Shown: piece by piece, positions 19,990 through 29,468 of the stretch
Layout of the letters: every line of letters begins with the position of its first letter
Numbering within the stretch: position 1 is the stretch's first letter
Assembly: GCA_050251875.1 (NCBI GenBank)
Contig: JBFWMA010000002.1
Span: forward strand, 96,001 to 160,000
DNA: 64,000 nucleotides
Reading direction: 5' to 3'
Origin: Deferribacterales bacterium
GTDB taxonomy: Bacteria > Chrysiogenota > Deferribacteres > Deferribacterales > Geovibrionaceae
Made by a program: the position numbers and the translations under genes
Notes under the pieces: generated by a model
What the model was told of the DNA's origin: nothing
Databases searched by the model: none
The model's input: only the letters and a program-made list of their open reading frames with translations

Positions 19990-20202
19990 ATGCTCAATAA
20001 AGAATTTGTTTTTATACTGGAAAACGAAAAGAACACTCTGGTGATAAATCTGAATAACTTTAACACTGTGGAGTTTGACGACACAAAAATGATAATCACT
20101 GTGGATCACGGTACATCTGAGAGAACAGTGGAGTTCGACAACAAGAAGAACTATGAGGCGCTGAAAGACCAGATAATCAACGCTCTGGCAGACGAAGAGT
20201 AA
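19990..20202 (+). CDS. Small acidic hypothetical protein
   Basis: GGGG RBS, 70 aa, natural protein-like composition, fills an intergenic gap. Confidence 0.7.
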   Translation: MLNKEFVFILENEKNTLVINLNNFNTVEFDDTKMIITVDHGTSERTVEFDNKKNYEALKDQIINALADEE

Positions 20203-20312
20203 GCCGCTTTGTGAATAATCACATTGAATTGTGAGTAGTAATATTGCGATAATATTTCTCCTGCTGTATATTTAATCGTTCATGATTAAATATTATTTGA
20301 AAGGAGGAAATT

Positions 20313-20645
20313 ATGGCTGGAAAATTTGTTATCGATCCCGCAAAAAACGGAGAGTTTATTTTTAATCTCAAGGCTGGTAACGGTCAGGTTATTCTGACCA
20401 GCGAGACATATACCACTAAGAGTGCTTGTAAAAACGGCATTGAGTCAGTGAAAAAGAACTCACAGGAAGACAGCCAGTTTGAAAGAAAAGAAGCTAAAAA
20501 CGGCAAACCTTATTTTGTCCTGAAAGCAAAGAATCACGAAATCATCGGTATGAGCGAAATGTATGAGTCAAAAGCCGCTATGGAAAACGGTATTAAATCT
20601 GTTATGACAAACGCTCCTGACGCTGAAACTGTAGATAATGCATAG
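20313..20645 (+). CDS. yegP: YegP/DUF1508 tandem-repeat protein
   Basis: Two repeats: FNLKAGNGQVILTSETY...NGIESVK and FVLKAKNHEIIGMSEMY...NGIKSV. Confidence 0.9.
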   Translation: MAGKFVIDPAKNGEFIFNLKAGNGQVILTSETYTTKSACKNGIESVKKNSQEDSQFERKEAKNGKPYFVLKAKNHEIIGMSEMYESKAAMENGIKSVMTNAPDAETVDNA

Positions 20646-20654
20646 AGAAGTGAT

Positions 20655-20680
20655 AAAGCCCCGCAGATGCGGGGCTTTTT
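20655..20680. terminator. Bidirectional terminator between yegP and nfnB
   Basis: AAAGCCCCGCA-GA-TGCGGGGCTTTTT between convergent genes. Confidence 0.85.
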
Positions 20681-20683
20681 GTT

Positions 20684-22168
20684 TTATTCGGCTAAAAGTT
20701 TGTTGATTGATTCGGCGGCGGTTCGTCCTTCGCCCATAGCCAGAATGACCGTGGCAGCGCCCAAAACTATGTCGCCTCCGGCATAGACTCTGTCCATAGA
20801 CGTTTTCTGTGTGTCGTCCGCCAGAATGTTGCCCCATTTGTTCACATTAATCTCCGGCGTTGTCTGGCTTATCAGCGGGTTAGAAGAGTTGCCAAGCGCC
20901 ATTATCACGCTGTCCATTTCCAGTGTGAACTCGCTACCTTTGATCTCCACCGGTCTGCGTCTGCCGGAATCGTCCGGCTCGCCCAGCTCATATTTCACAC
21001 ATTCCAGAGATTTCACCTTGCCGTCACTGTCTCCGATGACACGTTTCGGGCTGGTGAGGAACATAAATTTTATACCTTCCTCTTTTGCGTGCTCCACTTC
21101 TTCACGGCGGGCAGGCATCTCCTTCTCTGTGCGGCGGTAGACCACATAGACTTCTTCAGCGCCCACACGCAGAGCCATCCTGGCGGCGTCCATAGCCACG
21201 TTGCCGCCGCCCACCACTGCTGTTCTCTTGCCTGTGAATATGGGCGTGTCTGCCTTGTCCGGTTCATACGCTCTCATCAGGTTTGCTCGGGTCAGAAACT
21301 CGTTGGCAGATGAAACGCCCACCAGCGATTCGCCCTCTATATTCATGAAATTAGGTAGTCCGGCGCCAGTGCCCACGAACACAGCGTCAAAACCGTCTTT
21401 TTCTATCAGGTCGCTCAGTTTTCTGGTGCGACCCACGAGGAAGTTTTTTCTGATCTCCACACCCATAGACAGCAGAGTTTCTATCTCTTTGTCCAGAATG
21501 ACTTTTGGCAGTCTGAATTCCGGAATACCGTATATCATAACACCACCCAGCTTGTGAAACGCCTCGAAAAGCACCACTTCGTGTCCAGCCTTTCGAACGT
21601 CCGCCGCCGCTGTCAGTCCGGCGGGACCGGAGCCGATCACTGCGACCTTCTTACCTGTTGGCGGAGCTATATGCGGCAGCGACATCTTGCCATGTTCACG
21701 TTCCCAGTCCGCCACAAAACGCTCTATGCGCCCGATGGCGACAGATTTGTCAACGTCTTTCAGCGATTTTCCCACGGTACATTCCATCATGCACTGTGTC
21801 TCCTGCGGACATACACGCCCGCAGATGGCGGGGAGCATGCTGGATTCCTTGATGATATTCACGGATTTCTGATAGTCGCCCTCGGCGGCGGCTTTGATGA
21901 ATCCGGGGATGTTTATCGCCACCGGGCATCCTTTTATGCAGGGGGCGTTTTTGCACTGAAGACAGCGTTCCGCCTCCAGCTTAACCTGCGCCTCATAATA
22001 ACCCAGAGCCACTTCCTGAATATTTTTTCCTCTGGCGACAGGCTCCTGCGAGGGCATCTCCTGCATGGGGATTTTCAGCCTGTCCTTGGGTTTCAGGTTA
22101 TCGAAATCTATCTCTTTCAGAAGCTGTTCCGCTTCTTCTCTCAATTTTTCAGCGGGTATATATGTCAT
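20684..22168 (-). CDS. nfnB: NfnB/SudA-type NADPH-dependent flavo-iron-sulfur subunit (glutamate synthase beta-like)
   Basis: RCLQCKNAPCIKGCP, ICGRVCPQETQC, GSGPAG, GGGNVAMD; coupled to nfnA. Confidence 0.85.
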   Translation of the reverse strand: MTYIPAEKLREEAEQLLKEIDFDNLKPKDRLKIPMQEMPSQEPVARGKNIQEVALGYYEAQVKLEAERCLQCKNAPCIKGCPVAINIPGFIKAAAEGDYQKSVNIIKESSMLPAICGRVCPQETQCMMECTVGKSLKDVDKSVAIGRIERFVADWEREHGKMSLPHIAPPTGKKVAVIGSGPAGLTAAADVRKAGHEVVLFEAFHKLGGVMIYGIPEFRLPKVILDKEIETLLSMGVEIRKNFLVGRTRKLSDLIEKDGFDAVFVGTGAGLPNFMNIEGESLVGVSSANEFLTRANLMRAYEPDKADTPIFTGKRTAVVGGGNVAMDAARMALRVGAEEVYVVYRRTEKEMPARREEVEHAKEEGIKFMFLTSPKRVIGDSDGKVKSLECVKYELGEPDDSGRRRPVEIKGSEFTLEMDSVIMALGNSSNPLISQTTPEINVNKWGNILADDTQKTSMDRVYAGGDIVLGAATVILAMGEGRTAAESINKLLAE

Positions 22169-23022
22169 TTGCTCTGCTCCTGAAGTCTGTCCACTGCCTC
22201 CTGAAGGTGACAGCGGTGGTTAGCGTCCTGTTCCTGCGGTTTGTAAGATCTGAGCCTCAGCATCATGTTGTCGAAATCAACCTGATGGGCGTCAAACTCC
22301 GGACCGTCCACGCAGACGAATTTTGTTTTTCCGCCCACGGTCACACGGCACCCGCCGCACATCCCCGTGCCGTCCACCATGATGGTGTTCAGAGAGGCGT
22401 ATGTTTTAACATTAAAAGGGCGTGTGGTTTCAGCGCAGAATTTCATCATGATAGGCGGACCGATGGCAACCACAAGGTCAATTCCGCCACGCTCGCAAAG
22501 CTCTTTCAGCGGAACGGTGACGAGATCTTTCCGCCCGTATGAGCCGTCATCGGTACAGACGATAAACTCATCCGCTATGGCTCGCATCTCGTCTTCCAGA
22601 ATCAGCAGATCTTTTGTCCTCGACCCAATGATGATGATAACTTTATTGCCGGCTTTTTTCATCGCCTGCGCTATGGGGTGCATGGGGGCAACGCCTATAC
22701 CGCCGCCAACACAGACCACTGTGCCGAAATTTTCTATGTGTGTGGGCATACCGAGCGGTCCGAGGATGTTTTCAACACTCTCTCCTGTGTTCTTCTGCGC
22801 CAGTTTCAGGGTCGATTTTCCCACCACCTGAAAGATGATGCTGATGCTGCCTGCCGTTTCGTCCGCATCTGCTATGGTGAGTGGAATCCTTTCGCTGAAA
22901 TCGCTGTCAGCCTGAATGATTACAAACTGACCCGCTTTCCGCTCTCTGGCTATGTCCGGCGCTTCCAGCTCCATGCGGAAGACATCCCGGGAGAGCTGTG
23001 TCTTTTTCAGAATTCTGCTCAT
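22165..23022 (-). CDS. nfnA: NfnA/SudB-type subunit of electron-bifurcating transhydrogenase
   Basis: ERIPLTIAD, GGGIGVAP, TDDGSYG, MVDGTGMCGGCRV...CVDGPEF [2Fe-2S] motif. Confidence 0.88.
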   Translation of the reverse strand: MSRILKKTQLSRDVFRMELEAPDIARERKAGQFVIIQADSDFSERIPLTIADADETAGSISIIFQVVGKSTLKLAQKNTGESVENILGPLGMPTHIENFGTVVCVGGGIGVAPMHPIAQAMKKAGNKVIIIIGSRTKDLLILEDEMRAIADEFIVCTDDGSYGRKDLVTVPLKELCERGGIDLVVAIGPPIMMKFCAETTRPFNVKTYASLNTIMVDGTGMCGGCRVTVGGKTKFVCVDGPEFDAHQVDFDNMMLRLRSYKPQEQDANHRCHLQEAVDRLQEQSK

Positions 23023-23143
23023 TATTCACCTCATAATGCCGTGCGGGAGTTTTTGGCATACTAATTAAATAATATGATGATTGCTGATATTGTCAAACTA
23101 AGTTGCTGCGGGAAGTGGAAGTCGTAAGAGCTTTTCTATACTT

Positions 23144-23270
23144 GAAGCGGGAATCGCTTTTTGTTCGTGTTCGTCCTGAACACTCCAAAAAGCCAGCCTG
23201 CTCACTGCCGCGGACATCCTGTCCGCTCGTCCTCCCTGTTCGGTCGGCGTTCGCAGTCGTTCGATCCCCT
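23144..23270 (-). repeat. tRNA-associated mini-element ending in a duplicate of the tRNA 3' segment
   Basis: GAAGCGGGAATCG at 23144-23156 is identical to tRNA 23317-23329; internal GCGGACAGGATGTCCGC hairpin (minus strand). Confidence 0.55.
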
Positions 23271-23311
23271 GTAAATAAAAAAGCCCAACCACAAGGTTGA
23301 GCTTTTTTATA

Positions 23312-23395
23312 TGCCGGAAGCGGGAATCGAACCCGCACGCCATTGCTGGCTTCGGATTTTGAGTCCGACGCGTCTACCAGTTCCACCATTCCGGC
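23312..23395 (-). tRNA. tRNA-Leu (CAA)
   Basis: Reverse complement GCCGGAATGGTGGAACTGGTAGACGCGTCGGACTCAAAATCCGAAGCCAGCAATGGCGTGCGGGTTCGATTCCCGCTTCCGGCA; cloverleaf with long variable arm, anticodon CAA, CCA not encoded. Confidence 0.96.
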
Positions 23396-23502
23396 GGTGT
23401 CGCTTTTTAGAGCTGTCATGTTATTGTAACAGAACGATATTGTCAAACAAAATCAAAATATGCGCAAATTAAATCAAAAATCTCGTAAATTGTTGTTTCC
23501 TG

Positions 23503-25701
23503 ATGAAAAATTTGTTAATATATAACACAAGAGACAAGGGGAACGACTTGCTAAATAAGACTTTTTTTGCCTTAATCATATTTCTGACGGTTTCGTTCAA
23601 TGTTTTTGCGCTCGACCTTGTCGTTGGAGCGTTTCAAAACAAACCCCTGATTTTTAAAGATGATGACGGCGTAATAAAAGGTTTCGGCTATGATCTGATA
23701 ACAGAGATAGCGAAGCAGGAAGGCTGGAATCTCACCTTTGTCTTCGACACCTGGCCCGGCATCTATAAAAAGCTCGAGAACGGCGATGTGGACATGCTGT
23801 TTCCATGCGGATTCACCATCGAACGCAGTAAAAACATCATTTACAACAGCGAAAACATAGCCAGCAACTGGGGGCAGATCGCTCTTAAAAAAGGGCTGGA
23901 CGCAGAATCCATGCTCGATCTGGATGGCAAAACAATCGCCGTTGTCAGAAACAACATCTATTATAACAGCACCACCGGAATAGCCAACATGGCTAAAGGT
24001 TTCAATATCAAGATAAATTTCGTTTATTACAACGACTACGCAGACGTGCTTCAGGCTGTGAAAGACGGAAAAGCGGACGGCGGTCTTGCCAGCCGTTTCT
24101 TTATCCTGCTGGAATCCGAGAAATATGGGCTGGAAAAAAGCTCCATTCTGATAAACCCCATAGAAGTCCGTTTCGGTTTTCCACGCAACAAAGCCATGTC
24201 CATCGATCTGGCGAAAACAATCGACAAACACATCGTGAGGATGAAGCACGAAGAGGGCTCTGTTTTTCAGACTTCTTATGAAAAATGGCTCAGTTTCGTC
24301 AACCGTCCCTCCATCATGTCTAACTTCAAGGTGATGGTAACCATACTCATCATCCCTGTTCTGATAGTTACCGCTATCGTATTTATCCTGAGAGCTGAGG
24401 TGCGCAGAAAAACCAGAGAGATCACACAGAAGAACATCGAGCTTCAGCGTGAGATCGAGGACCGCATCAGCATAGAAGAACAGCTCAAAGAGAATCAGGA
24501 CAAATACAGCACACTGTTCAACACGTCATATAACCCCATCGCCATCATAGCCGAGGACGGCTCGCTTTCGGATGTGAACGGCGAGATGGTGGCTCAGTTC
24601 GGATACGACAGAGAAGAGCTTTTGCAGATGTTTCTGGAGATGCTGGTGGTTAAGGAGCATGTGCCGAAGGTTGAAGAGATCATCAACAAAATGAACAAGA
24701 CCAAGAAATGGTCTTTTGAGCTGGATTTTGTGAAATCTTGGGGAGACGTTTTTAACGCCGAGATATCCGCCAGCCGTCTGGAGATTTCCGGGCGAACCTT
24801 CATACAGCTTGTTATCATGGATGTTACATCCAGAAAGAAAGCCAGCGAGCTTCTGAACCGCAGACAGGAGTATCTGGAACGCAAGGTGGAGCAGGAAGTT
24901 CACAAGCGCCGCCAGAACGAACGTCTGATGATGCAGCAGTCAAAAATGGCGGCAATGGGACAGATGATGAGCGCTATCGCCCACCAGTGGCGGCAGCCTC
25001 TGAACACCATAGCCATTTTCATTCAGGATTTTGAGGATTCTTTCAAACATGGCGAGCTGGATGCCGCTTATGTTGAGGATCTTGTTTCTCAGTCTATGAA
25101 ACAGATCAATTTCATGTCTAAAACTATAGATGATTTTAAAAACTTCTTTAAGCCGGATAAAGACGAGGTGGTCTTTGACGTGTGTATGGAATCCGCCAAC
25201 GCCACGTCTCTGCTGGGGGTTCAGCTCATCAGAAACGGCATCGATCTTGTGCTGAATTTCCACGATTCTATCGTTACATTCGATGAGATAGACTCTTTCG
25301 AGCATGAATACGACAAGACCAGCTATGTGAAAGGATTTCCCAATGAGTTCAAACAGGTTCTGCTGAACCTGGTGCAGAATGCCAGAGACTCCATCATGGA
25401 GCGTATGGAGAATGAGAAATTCAGAGGGCATATCGAGGTTAAGGTCGAAGAGAATGACGAAGTAGTGAAAATATCCGTGTCCGACAACGGGGCGGGAATA
25501 CAAAAAGACGTCACAGAGCGCATCTTCGAGCCTTATTTCACCACAAAGGAAGAGGGCAAAGGCACAGGCGTCGGGCTCTATATGTCAAAGATAATCATCG
25601 AACAGAACATGAAGGGCAGACTCTACTTCGAACAGAGCGAACACGGCGTGAAATTCATCATAGAGCTGAGAGCGCAGAAGAACAATCAGGATATCATATA
25701 A
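23503..25701 (+). CDS. Sensor histidine kinase with periplasmic solute-binding (PBPb) domain and PAS domain
   Basis: N-terminal PBP2-type domain, TM, PAS, AIAHQWRQPLN H-box, QVLLNLVQNA, DNGAGI, FEPYFTTK, GTGVGL. True start may be TTG 23548. Confidence 0.92.
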   Translation: MKNLLIYNTRDKGNDLLNKTFFALIIFLTVSFNVFALDLVVGAFQNKPLIFKDDDGVIKGFGYDLITEIAKQEGWNLTFVFDTWPGIYKKLENGDVDMLFPCGFTIERSKNIIYNSENIASNWGQIALKKGLDAESMLDLDGKTIAVVRNNIYYNSTTGIANMAKGFNIKINFVYYNDYADVLQAVKDGKADGGLASRFFILLESEKYGLEKSSILINPIEVRFGFPRNKAMSIDLAKTIDKHIVRMKHEEGSVFQTSYEKWLSFVNRPSIMSNFKVMVTILIIPVLIVTAIVFILRAEVRRKTREITQKNIELQREIEDRISIEEQLKENQDKYSTLFNTSYNPIAIIAEDGSLSDVNGEMVAQFGYDREELLQMFLEMLVVKEHVPKVEEIINKMNKTKKWSFELDFVKSWGDVFNAEISASRLEISGRTFIQLVIMDVTSRKKASELLNRRQEYLERKVEQEVHKRRQNERLMMQQSKMAAMGQMMSAIAHQWRQPLNTIAIFIQDFEDSFKHGELDAAYVEDLVSQSMKQINFMSKTIDDFKNFFKPDKDEVVFDVCMESANATSLLGVQLIRNGIDLVLNFHDSIVTFDEIDSFEHEYDKTSYVKGFPNEFKQVLLNLVQNARDSIMERMENEKFRGHIEVKVEENDEVVKISVSDNGAGIQKDVTERIFEPYFTTKEEGKGTGVGLYMSKIIIEQNMKGRLYFEQSEHGVKFIIELRAQKNNQDII

Positions 25702-27185
25702 ATCAGCGCTGACTGAAGAGCTCCGAACAGAAATCCCAGCACAAATCCCAGAATATTAATCCACTTAAAACTATCGCTCATAAAAGAGAAGAGCAGTTTT
25801 TCCACCTCGTACAGATCCAGAGAATTGATCCTGTTTTCCGTAATTTTCGGGAAATTTACTGATGTCACTATATTATCTGTGTTTTTTTCTATTATCTTGT
25901 TTATTTCTTTTATAAAAGCGGATTTTATCCTGCTGAACATTTTCTTCGGAATATACTGATAGATATTGTCTATTCTGATATTGTCAACCGCGCCGGCTAT
26001 AACAGAAGCCATCTTTGAGATATCCGGAGAAAAAGAGCTGTTTATTTTCTCTGTTATGACAGAATCGATGCCCGCGTCATTCAGTATGCCGCCGATGGTT
26101 TTATCAGGGTTCTTAGAGGCGAATTCCACAATCTTTGAGCTGATTTTTTTAGAGATATCCTCAGATCCCATCGCCTTCTGGATTGTAGTCACCAGAGAGC
26201 TTTTCAGGCTGTAGATGTTCTCCAGCCCTATGCTTCCGGCGTGCATATAGAGCGGTTTTTCCGCCACTGATTTTATATATTCGGTGATGGAATTATTTAT
26301 CTTCTGTTTGATGTCGTCACTGTCTTTTATTGATTTTATCAGTGTGGGCATATATTTATCGACAATTTCCCTGATGGTGTCCTCGTTCAGAAACATGTTC
26401 AGAAATCCCAGCTTCATCTTGTCGAAAGTGCCTTCTCCGAAATGTCCGTCTTTCAGCTCCACCAGTTTAGCGGATATTTTGCCTCTGGTGCGCTCGTCTT
26501 CGAACGCCGCCTCCATGGAGGACAATATCTTTTCCGTGATGAACGATGAAACGGCGGGTATCTTGCCCATCAGTGACTCGGGAACAACGTCGGCGAGACT
26601 CTTTCCGGACATGACAAAGTTGTTGATATATGCTGATATGGCGCTGCCTGTCTCCTCCTGAATCTTCTGCGAAGAGAGGAAGGTTTCCACCAGCTTTGCT
26701 ATATTGTCTTTATACTGCTCAAGATCGCCGATCTTGTATGCGTATATTTTGTCTTTTACACTGTCGGCGGTGACACGGAATATTTCATCCAGAAAACCTG
26801 ACGAGTGGAGTGAATCCAGCAGGACTGTGATGATGGTTTTTGGTCTGTATCCGGTTTTGGCGAGCAGTTCGCCCACAGAACCGAAATCTTTTTCCAGAAA
26901 GGCTTTCAGTTCGTGTTCCACCGCTTTTTCCAGCTTATTCTGAACAGCGGCGCCGAAGAACGCCTCCTGAATGTCTTTTTTTCTAAGGAGCTTGTCGCCC
27001 ACAAGTTCGCCTATCTCTTTCGCCAGCTTGGCTCTGTTTTTAGGGATCACGCCCTGCCAGCCGAACGACCACAGGGTTTTCTGGTGGGGGCGGAAAAGCA
27101 TTTTTATGGCGAGCCAGTTAGTGCCGTAGCCCACCATTCCGGTGACAAAGGGTGTTATGAGCAGACTAAGATTTTGCGACAGCAA
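25686..27185 (-). CDS. DUF445 family membrane protein
   Basis: GYGTNWLAIKMLFRP, QGVIPK and C-terminal WINILGFVLGFLFG. Confidence 0.88.
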   Translation of the reverse strand: MLSQNLSLLITPFVTGMVGYGTNWLAIKMLFRPHQKTLWSFGWQGVIPKNRAKLAKEIGELVGDKLLRKKDIQEAFFGAAVQNKLEKAVEHELKAFLEKDFGSVGELLAKTGYRPKTIITVLLDSLHSSGFLDEIFRVTADSVKDKIYAYKIGDLEQYKDNIAKLVETFLSSQKIQEETGSAISAYINNFVMSGKSLADVVPESLMGKIPAVSSFITEKILSSMEAAFEDERTRGKISAKLVELKDGHFGEGTFDKMKLGFLNMFLNEDTIREIVDKYMPTLIKSIKDSDDIKQKINNSITEYIKSVAEKPLYMHAGSIGLENIYSLKSSLVTTIQKAMGSEDISKKISSKIVEFASKNPDKTIGGILNDAGIDSVITEKINSSFSPDISKMASVIAGAVDNIRIDNIYQYIPKKMFSRIKSAFIKEINKIIEKNTDNIVTSVNFPKITENRINSLDLYEVEKLLFSFMSDSFKWINILGFVLGFLFGALQSALIYMIS

Positions 27186-28080
27186 GAGCCAGTCCCTCCC
27201 TCAGCCCGAAATCGGAGACGGTCAGAATATCCATGCCCAGCATGCACATCAGCTCCAGCGTGATGAGAATCCCTGGGATCAGAACCTCCTGACGTCCGGC
27301 TTCCATACCGGCCACCAGCAGTCTGTCCTCCGCTGTCATTGAGCAGAGCTTTTCCAGAATCGCTTCTATCTGAGTTTTCTTTATCTCAAAACCGTTGACC
27401 TTTATCTGGTCGTAGTTTTCCATGTGCATCTCTATGGCGGCGAGTGTGGTGGGTGTTCCGGATGAGCCGATAATCAGGTTCGGCTTGCAGTCGAGAAATT
27501 TAACCACTTCGTTCAGAACGCCGAATATGGGCGGTCTCATTCTGTCCATCTGTTCCATGTCCAGAATACCGCTGAAATCGTATCTTTCAGCCATCTTTAC
27601 CACGCCCATGGGGACGCTTATCTTTTTCTGAGGTTTGCCCGGTTCGGCATAGATAAATTCGGTGGAGCCGCCGCCTATGTCCACAACCAGAACTTTTTTT
27701 CCGGCGGTGTCTATGGCAGAGCATACGCCGTTGAATATCAGCGCGGCTTCCGTCTCTCCGGGAATCACCTGAATCTTGATGCCCATTCTCGCCGCCGCGT
27801 CCAGCAGAACCTGAGAGTTCTTTGCCTCTCTGACGGCGCTGGTGGCCACAGCGTGGAACTTCTCCGCCTTGTGCAGAGCCATAGCCTCGGCGAAGATTCT
27901 GAGGGCGTTCATGGTCTTTTCTATGGAAAGATCGCTCAGTATCCCTTTTGTGCTTAAAACTTCCGCCAGCTTGGTGACGTGTCTGTCTTTGTGCACTATA
28001 TTTATTATTTTGCCGTTTTCGATATCCGCTATCATCAGGCGTACGGCGTTGGAACCTATGTCGATTGCTGCTGCTCTCAT
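27166..28080 (-). CDS. ppx: Ppx/GppA family exopolyphosphatase (short form)
   Basis: AAIDIGSNAVR, VATSAVREAKN, DIGGGSTE, GLREG. Confidence 0.9.
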   Translation of the reverse strand: MRAAAIDIGSNAVRLMIADIENGKIINIVHKDRHVTKLAEVLSTKGILSDLSIEKTMNALRIFAEAMALHKAEKFHAVATSAVREAKNSQVLLDAAARMGIKIQVIPGETEAALIFNGVCSAIDTAGKKVLVVDIGGGSTEFIYAEPGKPQKKISVPMGVVKMAERYDFSGILDMEQMDRMRPPIFGVLNEVVKFLDCKPNLIIGSSGTPTTLAAIEMHMENYDQIKVNGFEIKKTQIEAILEKLCSMTAEDRLLVAGMEAGRQEVLIPGILITLELMCMLGMDILTVSDFGLREGLALAVAKS

Positions 28081-29426
28081 TCAATTATCCTAAATCTTTT
28101 TATTCCTCTGGCAGATACAGTGAGGATGCCGTGGGTCATTTCTGTTTTGTCTTTTGCGCTGATCCGGACTATGACGTTCATGTCATAGACCTTTTCCACG
28201 AACTTCTTCTCCGGTCCTTCTCCGGAGACAGAGTACACCAGCGAGAGAGGTTCTTCAAGCCCGGATATGATCCTGTTCAGCTTGAACAGCATCAGATCGG
28301 TGACGCCGTTGATTTCGCTGTCCATCAGCGTGTTTATTTTTTTATGAAAGATGCGAACTTTTTTAGTAAACCGGATGATCCTGTCGTTGTCGTCATAGCC
28401 GTTTCTGGCATAGTCCGGAAGATCGTCCGGGGAGATGAATACTGCTTTTTCAAATGTTTTGCCCATGGCGTGCTTCTTAGTGCTTTCATATATCTGCGTC
28501 TCGAAATCGTATATGAGCGAGTTGAATCTTCTTTTCAGAATATCCCTGAAACCCTCTTTTATCCTGTCTTTGAACATATACCCGATCACCAGAGCCACAA
28601 AGAAGGGGACTGTGAAATTGCCGTATCTCTGCTGCGCCCAGAAAGCCAGTACGGTGGCGAATATCATGGATATTCCCGCCGCCACGGCATAAAGTATGTT
28701 GTTGGTGGTGCGGTCGGCTTTTTTTCTCTTTGCTTTCAGGTGCAGGACAGAATAGAAATATTCCTTCAGCTGATAGTATCTTTTCAGCAGTTTTTCGTTC
28801 TGTTCGTCATCTCCGGCTGTGGCGTGCGGATAGAATTCTTTACGGTATTTCAGCTCGTCTTTTATCGTTTCCAGTATGATGTCTTTAAAGGGGGCTGTGA
28901 GCCTGTCATAGAGTCTTACCAGATATATGTTGGTTACCACGCTGGTGAACTCGTCTCCCATCTGAACCATGTCGTTTTCAGAATACATTTTCTGAATCTT
29001 GCGGAAGATATTTCTGGTTTTTCTCACATGTTCCAGAAGAAGCTCTATCTCTTCCTTCCTGCTGGTGTCGCTGAGTCCGGCTGTGTGGTTTCTCAGCATG
29101 GCTCTGTATCCGCACACGAATTTCTTATACATATATTCGCATGTGTGCTTGTTCTCTTTTCTGTCGCATGTTTCATCGAAATGTTTCAGGCGTTTGTAGT
29201 AATTGTTCAGATAGAAGTCAGGTGTTTTCAGACGGATGTTTCTGCTGAGATCCTGATAGAAATGCTTTTTTTCATATGTGGTGTGGTCTATCTCCATGTC
29301 CTGAGGAAAGAACAGAAAGAAATCGATATTATAGTCAGACCTGTCCGGAGCGCCCTCCGGGACGTAATCCAGCTTTATTTCCAGCGATTTTCTGTTGTGG
29401 ACTCTGACATTTATCCGGTTCTGCAT
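28077..29426 (-). CDS. Hypothetical membrane protein with two central TM helices
   Basis: 449 aa, same strand as neighbours, ATGA overlap with ppx; hydrophobic hairpin ILYAVAAGISMIFATVLAFW...FFVALVIGYMFKD. Confidence 0.8.
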   Translation of the reverse strand: MQNRINVRVHNRKSLEIKLDYVPEGAPDRSDYNIDFFLFFPQDMEIDHTTYEKKHFYQDLSRNIRLKTPDFYLNNYYKRLKHFDETCDRKENKHTCEYMYKKFVCGYRAMLRNHTAGLSDTSRKEEIELLLEHVRKTRNIFRKIQKMYSENDMVQMGDEFTSVVTNIYLVRLYDRLTAPFKDIILETIKDELKYRKEFYPHATAGDDEQNEKLLKRYYQLKEYFYSVLHLKAKRKKADRTTNNILYAVAAGISMIFATVLAFWAQQRYGNFTVPFFVALVIGYMFKDRIKEGFRDILKRRFNSLIYDFETQIYESTKKHAMGKTFEKAVFISPDDLPDYARNGYDDNDRIIRFTKKVRIFHKKINTLMDSEINGVTDLMLFKLNRIISGLEEPLSLVYSVSGEGPEKKFVEKVYDMNVIVRISAKDKTEMTHGILTVSARGIKRFRIIE

Positions 29427-29468
29427 ATATAGATAATAATACTCTATATACCTTGTGTCATCAGGAAT

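Noticed and set aside
23093..23446. Short ORFs over the tRNA region
   Set aside because: They overlap tRNA-Leu and its downstream repeat; no protein motifs.
28065..29432. 455-aa plus-strand ORF spanning the hypothetical gene
   Set aside because: Antisense shadow with atypical composition; the minus-strand ORF fits the carA-mltG-ppx operon with overlapping junctions.
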